This document shows positions 29,401 through 36,159 of a stretch of DNA of 64,000 nucleotides, piece by piece (position 1 is the stretch's first letter; each line of letters opens with the position of its first letter). The position numbers were made by a program, and so were the translations under genes. This DNA is from an uncultured Porphyromonadaceae bacterium (GTDB taxonomy: Bacteria > Bacteroidota > Bacteroidia > Bacteroidales > Muribaculaceae), in the NCBI GenBank assembly GCA_948467675.1, contig CAOKFI010000001.1, forward strand, positions 25,159 to 89,158, given 5' to 3'. The notes below the pieces were generated by a model. That model saw nothing but the letters and a program-made list of their open reading frames with translations. It was not told the origin of the DNA and did no database searches.

Positions 29401-30134
29401 AGGAGCTTCCGGGTGAAAATAACGGTATGCGCTACGGTACCTCCCGTCTGGATGAACGTACCGGCGAGGTGATAGTCATGACCACGAAGTCGTACGGACT
29501 CGATGCGGTGTTCAATACTTATCATTGGGTAGATTATAAGACAGGCGAGGTGAAAAACACTATAGTACCACAGGACTATTTCTGGTTCCAGGCGATGCCG
29601 GTTTTCCCTGATGCCCATGATCCTGAGATCTCACTTGCCAGGATCGATCTAAAGCCGTCGGATGAGCCGCTTGAGATAGACCTGGCCGATATCGTGACAG
29701 ACGGCGATGTCAATTTCCATCCGATGTCAATCGAGTGCCGTGTGGATGCTCCCGATAACGATGTCGTTTCGATCGATAAAGACGGCGGTCTGCTCCGTGT
29801 GTCTCCTAAAGCGGAAGGCGAGACTTCGTTTGTTCTGACAGCCCAGTCCAACGGCAAGGTGGTTTCGGCACGGATTCCGGTGACGGTTTCCAACACTACC
29901 AGTGTGGATGGTATCTCTACAAATATACATTCGATAACAGCAGCAGACGGATTGTTGACGGTCAAGGGATGTGCCGGATATGATATTGAGATCATATCGA
30001 TGTCGGGGCGTGCGGTATGTGCGTTCGGATGCGGTTCCGATCATGAGACTATACGTCCGGTCGTAGAGCCAGGTATCTATATCGTACGTGCAATGTCAAA
30101 TGAAGATACAATAATTGCTAAAGTAAAACTGTAA
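26487..30134 (+). CDS. 1215-aa multidomain cell-surface protein, T9SS cargo
   Basis: It has a signal peptide and two copies of an unknown module (from aa 23 and aa 270). Big_2-like Ig domains follow at ~aa 520-700. A DUF5074-like beta-propeller runs from F702 (TFILNEEWFGHTNGSINY) to ~aa 1042. A T9SS type-A CTD spans 29907-30131 (..GIYIVRAMSNEDTIIAKVKL). Confidence 0.8.
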   Translation: MRIRHLLLSAVIAAGAVPDSTATVDLDAIRNWAGTGEKRAALVIDFHDEKGNDQALVWGYRWDGNASGEDMIRAIARSSRVLVLMTQYTGNMGSTVNGVGIAADRNELLSYLRYDFDGASSSDKVAFGYYEPETVMGQTSAPGAKTPELVQSAIDAARMTGIIDHPLNFLRYGYAAYDYDFWQLDPVVADSPNYRWEAAWYKGYWQFFTGDADGDLSYSGLGMSSVQLSDGMVNMWTFAPDFQHKDMSPIDYTIEDFGEEMTPGQEEACAIDLSKIRFWVGDGEKEAAVVLQFNDGKGPENLVYGYRWSGGYDKSCQDVIKDIAEADPRMTLSDNGTVTYECNDDGNLNYNDHNATNGNWNGYLRRKVDTEYLRVADMKKVFVAPGSVFVYANSTDDTVELPFTLFRPASDDTQIIYLPETLTYSINDTQCVIPAFIQYTPDVVSHASTATWAVEGAANGLLKLTGTQMLCKVTHNELKPTEGDVTLKIRVNYEGGNADYVSSNVCRLIVAAPERPITSMSFESATMEVALNKAVVNPLVTDPENPTYTKVTYTTSDASVIKVNSYNNTLTATTTPGTAVITATYDYDPEIKAEFTVTSRLMNPVTDIKLPFEGNDVTIPYKGVFALHVSVEPDDADIADYNIEIADPDIVSDFGKGKYAYVTLVAHKPGATTVTLTAADGSGAERVLNVTVEKPEDQDLDFTSGTFILNEEWFGHTNGSINYVDADGMMHYRVVGSRNDGLSFGATSCYGMVWGGKLYVMSKQHQDGGDPNTGGGRLVVADEKTMKIVARFDNIGGGDGRACVGVNESKIYYGSTAGIFTFDVDNLTTGSLIEGTAGKNAYSGQIGDMVCTGSRVYAVQQSTGVLVIDTESDLLIKKIDDTTVQGIARSMDGNVWVASKSKLTCIDPATAEIIETVDLPSGQTITCDWGSWRPTQFFASTTENRLFWGFTSWEIGTDIATVADNTYVTSVKELPGENNGMRYGTSRLDERTGEVIVMTTKSYGLDAVFNTYHWVDYKTGEVKNTIVPQDYFWFQAMPVFPDAHDPEISLARIDLKPSDEPLEIDLADIVTDGDVNFHPMSIECRVDAPDNDVVSIDKDGGLLRVSPKAEGETSFVLTAQSNGKVVSARIPVTVSNTTSVDGISTNIHSITAADGLLTVKGCAGYDIEIISMSGRAVCAFGCGSDHETIRPVVEPGIYIVRAMSNEDTIIAKVKL

Positions 30135-30136
30135 TC

Positions 30137-31603
30137 ATGAACGTTACAAAAACCTTAATATCGGGAGCCATTATGATGTGGCTTCCGGTATTATCGGCCG
30201 ACGCGGCCGATATCGATTATACCGCTGGTATATTTGTTGTCAACGAAGACTGGTATGGACATCAGAATTCGACAGTGAACTATCTTCTTCCTGACGATCC
30301 GGACGGGAACTGGTGGCACTATCGTGTGATCCAGACCGAGAATCCCGGTAAGGAGCTGGGATGTACCAACCAGTACGGTGCTATCTGGGACGGCCGTTTC
30401 TATCTGATCGCGAAACAGGACAAGGATCCGGGCGCTTCTATAACCGGAGGACGCATAACGGTGGCCGATGCCTCGACAATGCAGATCGTGAAACAGCTAC
30501 AGCTTATAGATCCGTCGGGCAGTCAGTGCGATGGCCGTGCATTTGTCGGGGTGAGTACCACTAAGGGCTATGTCTCGTCGAGTAACGGTGTCTGGATTCT
30601 GGATCTGACGGCTCTGGAAATTACCGGACAGGTGGATGGAACCGGCAATTCGTCAGGCTCTCTCTATCTGGGTCAGGTCGGAACCATGGTGCTGGCCGAA
30701 GGAAAAGTATTTGCCGTGCATCAGCAGAATGGACTGCTCGTGATAGATCCGGAGTCAGACAGTGTGATAAAAGTCATAGATATGGATATTGTAGATGATG
30801 CTGTCGAGAATGCGACCGGCAAGCGTCCGACCAAGCCGTCCGGCATAGGATCGACAATAGTGCGTTCGAAGGACGGCTCCCTTTGGATCAATCTGGCCAC
30901 GAATGTGTCAGGGGGCGGTAGCGCACTGCCGTATCTGCTTCATGTCGATCCTGCCACACTTGATACAGAGGTCGTATCGCTCTCTGGCGATGGGATATAT
31001 CCGCCTTCCAACTCATGGTATGCGTGGACTCCGGATCCGTTCTGCGCGTCGTCGGAGACAAACACTCTCTATTGGTGCGGCGGAACGAGCAGTTGGTTTT
31101 CAGGCAAGATGATATTCCGTTATGATATCGATGCCGGTATATGTACGAAGATTGCCGATTTCAATACATTGGACGGAAACTGGCAGGTGTACGGCTGTTC
31201 GTTAGGCATACACCCGGATACCGATGAACTGTATGCGTCGCTGTATCATTCGTTTGGGGACAATACCTATATTGTGCGCCGTTTTAATAATGAGGGCGAG
31301 GTGATCCGGGACTATGAAATGATAGCGAACTACTGGTTTCCGTCACTTTTCGTGTTCCCGCAGGCCGGAGGTATCTCCGGTATAGATGCGCTGACTCCGG
31401 CGCAGGGCGGATACGTCGCCGTTTCGGGAGATAAGATCATGTTGCATGGGTTTGCCGGATGCGATGCCGCTGTGTATACGTTGTCGGGACAGTGTGTGTG
31501 CCGTATCCCTGTCACCGATGATATTCAACAGATCCCGGCGGCTCTTATTTCCGGCATCTATGTTGTACGAGTGGGCAATACCGTCAGCAAGGTCGTGATA
31601 TAA
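30137..31603 (+). CDS. 488-aa beta-propeller protein (DUF5074-like), T9SS cargo
   Basis: It has a signal peptide and the motif GIFVVNEDWYGHQNSTVNY. Its propeller is paralogous to that of the 1215-aa protein. A T9SS CTD spans 31373-31600 (..GIYVVRVGNTVSKVVI). Only 2 nt separate it from the upstream stop. Confidence 0.8.
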   Translation: MNVTKTLISGAIMMWLPVLSADAADIDYTAGIFVVNEDWYGHQNSTVNYLLPDDPDGNWWHYRVIQTENPGKELGCTNQYGAIWDGRFYLIAKQDKDPGASITGGRITVADASTMQIVKQLQLIDPSGSQCDGRAFVGVSTTKGYVSSSNGVWILDLTALEITGQVDGTGNSSGSLYLGQVGTMVLAEGKVFAVHQQNGLLVIDPESDSVIKVIDMDIVDDAVENATGKRPTKPSGIGSTIVRSKDGSLWINLATNVSGGGSALPYLLHVDPATLDTEVVSLSGDGIYPPSNSWYAWTPDPFCASSETNTLYWCGGTSSWFSGKMIFRYDIDAGICTKIADFNTLDGNWQVYGCSLGIHPDTDELYASLYHSFGDNTYIVRRFNNEGEVIRDYEMIANYWFPSLFVFPQAGGISGIDALTPAQGGYVAVSGDKIMLHGFAGCDAAVYTLSGQCVCRIPVTDDIQQIPAALISGIYVVRVGNTVSKVVI

Positions 31604-31622
31604 ATCAGCCTCTTACATATTA

Positions 31623-31665
31623 CCACATATAAAAGCACGGATAATCTCCGTGCTTTTATATGTGG
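31623..31665 (+). terminator. rho-independent terminator of the B12 operon
   Basis: A 19-bp perfect stem ccacatataaaagcacgga / tccgtgcttttatatgtgg with loop taatc lies 20 nt after the stop. Confidence 0.8.
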
Positions 31666-31884
31666 CATGAGGCCATTATATTTCAGCAATTTTATTTATT
31701 GATGAATGCTACATCCATCAATAAACTAATATAGGTCATGTTGAATTTGTAAATTATTTATTACAGTGGATAGTGCTGTTGTAATTCTTATTCTGATTTT
31801 GGAGTAACGGAGTGATGAACATATTTGTCTATTTGCAGGTGAATATGCAAATAGAATAAAAAGTATAATAGAATGCATTATAAA

Positions 31885-31916
31885 AATTGGCGTATATGCC
31901 AATTTTATTATCTTTG
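31885..31916 (+). promoter_or_regulatory. candidate promoter (TATCTTTG at 31909-31916) with adjacent palindrome aattggc-N6-gccaatt (31885-31904)
   Basis: A TAnnTTTG box lies 59 nt upstream of ATG 31975, and a 7-bp-arm palindrome lies immediately upstream. This suggests an operator for the HTH protein. Confidence 0.4.
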
Positions 31917-31974
31917 TAGCGAATTTTATCAACAAAGGAAGTGGCAGCAACACTTAAAATATGGCATTCTAACT

Positions 31975-32466
31975 ATGAATAAAAAAATCAAAGAATTCAT
32001 GAAGCGGGATTTCCAGTCAAAGGCCCTAATTGTGGATACAAAAATGGTGAAAGTAGAAGCTCCTGATGGAGAAGTATTTACTTTGTGCTGCGATATTGGG
32101 AAATATATTAGTGAGGAAACCCGAGAATATATGCTTCATATGCTTGAAGCAATATTCGATAAGAATTTCTCTATGGATAAGGAACAAATGGTTAATGCTA
32201 TTTGGCGTGATTCTTTTGTTTATGGAGTTTCTTTCTTAGGTATCAATTCAGGTGACAGACATGGGGAAAGAATAAGAATAGGCAATAAAATTAAGCAAAT
32301 TCGTGAGGAAAGAAATATGGATGCACGAGATTTAGCTAAGCTGGCGAATATTGATGCAGCAAATCTTAGTCGGATTGAAAAAGGAAAATATTCTGTTGGA
32401 CTTGATATCTTATCTAAAATTGCAGCCGTTTTAGGGAAAAAAATTGATTTTGTTGATTTAGCATAA
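31975..32466 (+). CDS. XRE-family HTH protein with unknown ~100-aa N-terminal domain
   Basis: ATG 31975 is preferred over 31873 because the promoter box lies between them. The C-terminal HTH_3 motif is IGNKIKQIREERNMDARDLAKLANIDAANLSRIEKGK. The protein is 163 aa. Confidence 0.7.
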   Translation: MNKKIKEFMKRDFQSKALIVDTKMVKVEAPDGEVFTLCCDIGKYISEETREYMLHMLEAIFDKNFSMDKEQMVNAIWRDSFVYGVSFLGINSGDRHGERIRIGNKIKQIREERNMDARDLAKLANIDAANLSRIEKGKYSVGLDILSKIAAVLGKKIDFVDLA

Positions 32467-32472
32467 GTCGTT

Positions 32473-33522
32473 ATGGTGGATATAGATGATTTCAAAGTCG
32501 AAGTGATTTGTGAATATAAAGGTGAAACGTATTCAGTACGTGATAATGGTGCTATTATGAGACATCATAAGTGTAATTCACGGTTAAGACCTTTGGATGG
32601 CAAATGGACTTTTGGCATTAAGAACAAAGATAATGGATATATGTTTTTTGCTTCAAATGTCCGTGTTCACCAAGTTGTGGCGACTGCTTTCTGGGGGCAT
32701 ATGAAAGAGGATGGTATGGTCGTTGATCATAAAGATACTAATAGGTGTAATAATAGAGCTGAAAATTTGCATTGGGTGACAAAACTCGAAAATGTTTTGA
32801 ATAATCCGATTACTCGTCGCAGAATAATTAATATATGTGGAAGTATAGTTGCCTTTCTTGAAGATCCGACTTTGTTGCGAGAAAGTACAGCAGATTATAA
32901 TTTCACATGGATGCGTACAGTATCTAGAGAGGAGGCTGCAAAATGCAAGGCGAATTTAGAAAAATGGAGTCAAGAAGATGCAGATTTTATTTCTACTGTG
33001 CGCGGTAATGGTATTGGTGAATGGATATTCAGTGACATACGTCCGATGAGACAAAATAATGATATGGATCAAGGAATTGCAAGATCTGGATTCCCGATAA
33101 AACAAAACAAAGAACTTGAGAAAAAAGCTATGTCATCATTAATAGAGTCATTAACTGCCAATGCTATGCAACAGTATTGGCTAACACCTACTGAGTTTCC
33201 CTTATGTCCGATTGATATTTTGTCATTGGAAACTTACTACTCATCTTTGGAAAAAGGAAAAGTTTTTTCAAAAAATATTCATGGTGCACAAACAATCATA
33301 GAGATTGCTATATCTAATGATAATAAGGAGTTGTGTGTTGCTACTCATAATCCTGAAGGCATAAAGCATTGGTATATAACATACGTATATATATCAGACG
33401 ATAAGTATATTCATAAAAATGGAGGCTCTTTTTTTGACGAAAATGGAGTATTAAAAGAGATAACATTATTTCAAGGTAAAGAATGGACTGGTGGTGATTG
33501 TATAGATGATTACTGCTTATAA
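32473..33522 (+). CDS. NUMOD4/HNH (HNH_3) endonuclease fused to unknown C-terminal domain
   Basis: 349 aa with the NUMOD4-like GETYSVRDNGAIMR and the HNH core VHQVVATAFWG...VDHKDTNRCNNRAENLHWVTKLEN. It starts 6 nt after the upstream stop. Confidence 0.75.
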   Translation: MVDIDDFKVEVICEYKGETYSVRDNGAIMRHHKCNSRLRPLDGKWTFGIKNKDNGYMFFASNVRVHQVVATAFWGHMKEDGMVVDHKDTNRCNNRAENLHWVTKLENVLNNPITRRRIINICGSIVAFLEDPTLLRESTADYNFTWMRTVSREEAAKCKANLEKWSQEDADFISTVRGNGIGEWIFSDIRPMRQNNDMDQGIARSGFPIKQNKELEKKAMSSLIESLTANAMQQYWLTPTEFPLCPIDILSLETYYSSLEKGKVFSKNIHGAQTIIEIAISNDNKELCVATHNPEGIKHWYITYVYISDDKYIHKNGGSFFDENGVLKEITLFQGKEWTGGDCIDDYCL

Positions 33523-33992
33523 ATAGAACTACATAATGTTAGTCATTTTGATAGATTTCTAATAGATAGGTTGATATAAACATTTAATCAAATGTGTTAA
33601 ATTTAGATTTATTATGTGTAGATTTCGCATACACAGAAATGTACATACTTTTGGTGGCTTGTGATATAGAATCGTCATAGGAATTGTGATATTTGTTATG
33701 GATGTCGGGATGTGGAGTCCGGTGCATTTCTATAGCGTGTTGGAATCAGGATCTTCGGCTCCGCGTTCTTGCGTTGGGTCTATGAATGTGTGATTTCGCC
33801 ACATGCTAACTGATTGAGCTACACACTAAATCGGCATGTCTTTAGGCGAGGCTCTATATCAGTATTGCTGAGACACTGGTCTCAAGCGTACTTATTTGCT
33901 TAATGAAATAACTTGGGTGCAGAACAGATCGCCGCTACGATTATGGTAGAACGGACTGTAGGAGCAGTAGTAGGAGCAGACAAGGCTATTGA

Positions 33993-34730
33993 TCAATGAT
34001 TGAATGTGGTGTCGTTGAGGGGGTGGAATGCGGCGGCGTGGCGGCGGCAGTCGCGCGATGAGAGGTAGGTGTCGATGGCATCGGCGTGACGGTGGTTGTG
34101 GAGGTCGGTGCCGATGAAGTCGGCCATTCCTTTTTCGATAAGCCATTCGGCTATGGCTTTCTCTTCTTTGCCGTAATATCCGGCTAAGCTAAGAAGGTTG
34201 ATCTGGAACATTGTGCCTGCGGCATGTATGGCTTCGTAACGCTTGCGGTTGGAGGAGTGGTAGTATCGGTAGCGTTCCGGATGTGCGAGTATCGGTCTGA
34301 AGCCTTTTACTTTAAGATCGAACAACAGCTGGTCGATATTCCACGGTTCCTGAATGAATGAGTTTTCGACGAGCAGATAGTCGTGAGCGATCGGTATAAG
34401 GATCTCATTTTCGACGTGGGTCAGAAAATTATCATCCATGCGGTATTCGGCACTGTAGCTGACCTGAATGTCGATGTCTTTAGAGATCAGTGCGGATTTC
34501 AGTTCCGCAAACGCAGGTGCGAGTGTGGCCGGTGTGTTCTCGAATGTGTCCTGAGTGACATGCGGGCTGGCAATAATGCGTTTCAGTCCCCAGCCCTGCA
34601 TGCGCCGGACTAGTTCGGCAGACGTGTCCGGATCAGGTGATCCGTCATCGACTCCCGGTATTATGTGGCAGTGGATGTCGGTGGTGAACCATAATTGCAT
34701 CGGTTCCTTTTTCTTGAATATGCTAAACAT
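33993..34730 (-). CDS. PHP-family tyrosine-protein phosphatase (CpsB/YwqE-like)
   Basis: 245 aa with the N-terminal metal-binding motif DIHCHIIPGVDDGS. Confidence 0.85.
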   Translation of the reverse strand: MFSIFKKKEPMQLWFTTDIHCHIIPGVDDGSPDPDTSAELVRRMQGWGLKRIIASPHVTQDTFENTPATLAPAFAELKSALISKDIDIQVSYSAEYRMDDNFLTHVENEILIPIAHDYLLVENSFIQEPWNIDQLLFDLKVKGFRPILAHPERYRYYHSSNRKRYEAIHAAGTMFQINLLSLAGYYGKEEKAIAEWLIEKGMADFIGTDLHNHRHADAIDTYLSSRDCRRHAAAFHPLNDTTFNH

Positions 34731-34744
34731 GGTCCGGATATATA

Positions 34745-35608
34745 TCAGAAAATGAGGTTGGTGATTACGGGTATGATATATTCAATTATAACGATATATG
34801 AGACCATGGCCGGCGCCACAAGCAGCAGAGAGTCGATCCGGTCGAGTATGCCTCCGTGTCCGGGTATTATATTGCCGGAATCTTTTACTCCGAGTGTACG
34901 TTTGATTAAAGATTCCACGAGGTCTCCCCATGTGGCGAATGCCGCTACTACGGCTCCTGCAACAGCGAGCTGTATGGTATCGAGTCCGCTGAAAAAGTGC
35001 TGAAAGCATGTGCCGAACAATATACCTGCGGCAATGGCGAATACTACGCCTCCCCAGAATCCTTCCCATGATTTCTTGGGCGATATGCGCGGAAACAGTC
35101 TGTGTCGGCCGATAGCTGATCCTACTATGAATGCGCCGGTATCGTTAAGCCATATCATGATAAATATGCCGAGTACCAGATGGGGGGTGCCGCACCGGCT
35201 GTACAGCAGGGTCATGAGCGATATGGGGAGTGCTATATATATCTGGCTGAAAAAGGAATATCCCAAAGACCGTATTGCGTCGAGAGCCGGCAGATATAAC
35301 TGACAGACCAGTCTGGCGACAAGATACAAGATGTAAAGGGTGGCAAAACACCAAGCTATGGACGGGGATCCGATGAGATTGGCGGCTATGAATCCTGAGA
35401 TCATGAATATTGTGCCAGCGACATCAAGGGTGGTTGTGAGTGCGGTGGAGGCTTTCTGTCCGGCGAGCAGCCGTGAGAACTCGATGGAGGCTGTTATGCC
35501 GAGCAGCAGCAGGAGTGATGAATATGCCGATGTTCCGCACAGTATTCCGGCTATGATGATGGCAATATAGACAATTCCGGATATTGACCGTTTGATGATT
35601 CCGTTCAT
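34745..35608 (-). CDS. cdsA: phosphatidate cytidylyltransferase
   Basis: 287 aa, polytopic, with the signature SLIKRTLGVKDSGNIIPGHGGILDRIDS. Confidence 0.92.
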   Translation of the reverse strand: MNGIIKRSISGIVYIAIIIAGILCGTSAYSSLLLLLGITASIEFSRLLAGQKASTALTTTLDVAGTIFMISGFIAANLIGSPSIAWCFATLYILYLVARLVCQLYLPALDAIRSLGYSFFSQIYIALPISLMTLLYSRCGTPHLVLGIFIMIWLNDTGAFIVGSAIGRHRLFPRISPKKSWEGFWGGVVFAIAAGILFGTCFQHFFSGLDTIQLAVAGAVVAAFATWGDLVESLIKRTLGVKDSGNIIPGHGGILDRIDSLLLVAPAMVSYIVIIEYIIPVITNLIF

Positions 35609-35617
35609 GAGATCAGT

Positions 35618-36127
35618 TTAAACGTTATGTTTTATGTGGTTAAGAGGACGCAGCAGGTTGCATAGCGTCTGGCTCCAGTAATTGTCAAAATCCTCGCGCA
35701 ATGCGGTAAGCGCTTCTTTGATGAGGTCGGTAGGGGCATCCTTGATGGTTTCGATGAAGTTGTACAGCACCTGGAATATGTCGGCAATTCCTTCCGATAT
35801 CGATGCGGCGATGGGTGTATCGCTATATTTCATGTCTTCTTCGAATACTTCAAGATATATGTCGTCAGGTTCCATCAGGGCGGCTACATTGCTGCGTACG
35901 GTATTATAATAGTCTTCGTCGAGAGCCTGATCGATATAGAACATTTCGTCCTCGAGCGATGGATCTATCTGCAGATCAGCTGCCGATATGTACAGTCTTG
36001 GCAATAACCGTAGCATTGATGCGATAAAGTCATCACGTTCGGACTCGCTGGCGTGTTCTACGGTCTGACAATATTCATTGCACAGTGCAATAAGAGCTAT
36101 AGAGTTTGTGTTTAGTTCAGTATTCAT
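35618..36127 (-). CDS. conserved hypothetical acidic protein (DUF5063-like)
   Basis: 169-aa ORF in operon position between nadD and cdsA. The family name is from memory and tentative. Confidence 0.6.
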   Translation of the reverse strand: MNTELNTNSIALIALCNEYCQTVEHASESERDDFIASMLRLLPRLYISAADLQIDPSLEDEMFYIDQALDEDYYNTVRSNVAALMEPDDIYLEVFEEDMKYSDTPIAASISEGIADIFQVLYNFIETIKDAPTDLIKEALTALREDFDNYWSQTLCNLLRPLNHIKHNV

Positions 36128-36159
36128 CGTTATTAATGACCGGTTCTAAATGAATCGGG

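Larger units (their letters stand above)
31666..33700. other. AT-rich islet (probable horizontally acquired insert) carrying a two-gene cassette
   Basis: Hand counts of 60-nt lines give ~37-40% GC inside versus ~57% in the flanking operon. The islet starts right after a terminator. No integrase or transposase is present. Confidence 0.6.

Noticed and set aside
31873-31974. Upstream ATG (31873) for the islet HTH gene, giving a 197-aa product.
   Set aside because: The extra 34 residues are Cys/Tyr/Gln-rich and overlap the best promoter box (31909-31916) and a palindrome. ATG 31975 is preferred, but this was not experimentally resolved.
31666-33700. Calling the AT-rich islet a mobile element (IS, ICE or prophage fragment).
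   Set aside because: I could identify no integrase, transposase, terminal inverted repeats or flanking direct repeats by eye. It is reported only as a compositionally foreign islet.
33790-33835. tRNA-like fragment on the minus strand (gtgtagctcaatcagttagcatgtggcgaaatcacacat) with a possible GAA anticodon loop.
   Set aside because: It has only a 3-bp D-stem, no U33 in either register of the anticodon loop, no T-arm (no TTCGA-type loop or pairing) and no acceptor pairing. It is not a functional tRNA, at most a decayed fragment or chance similarity.
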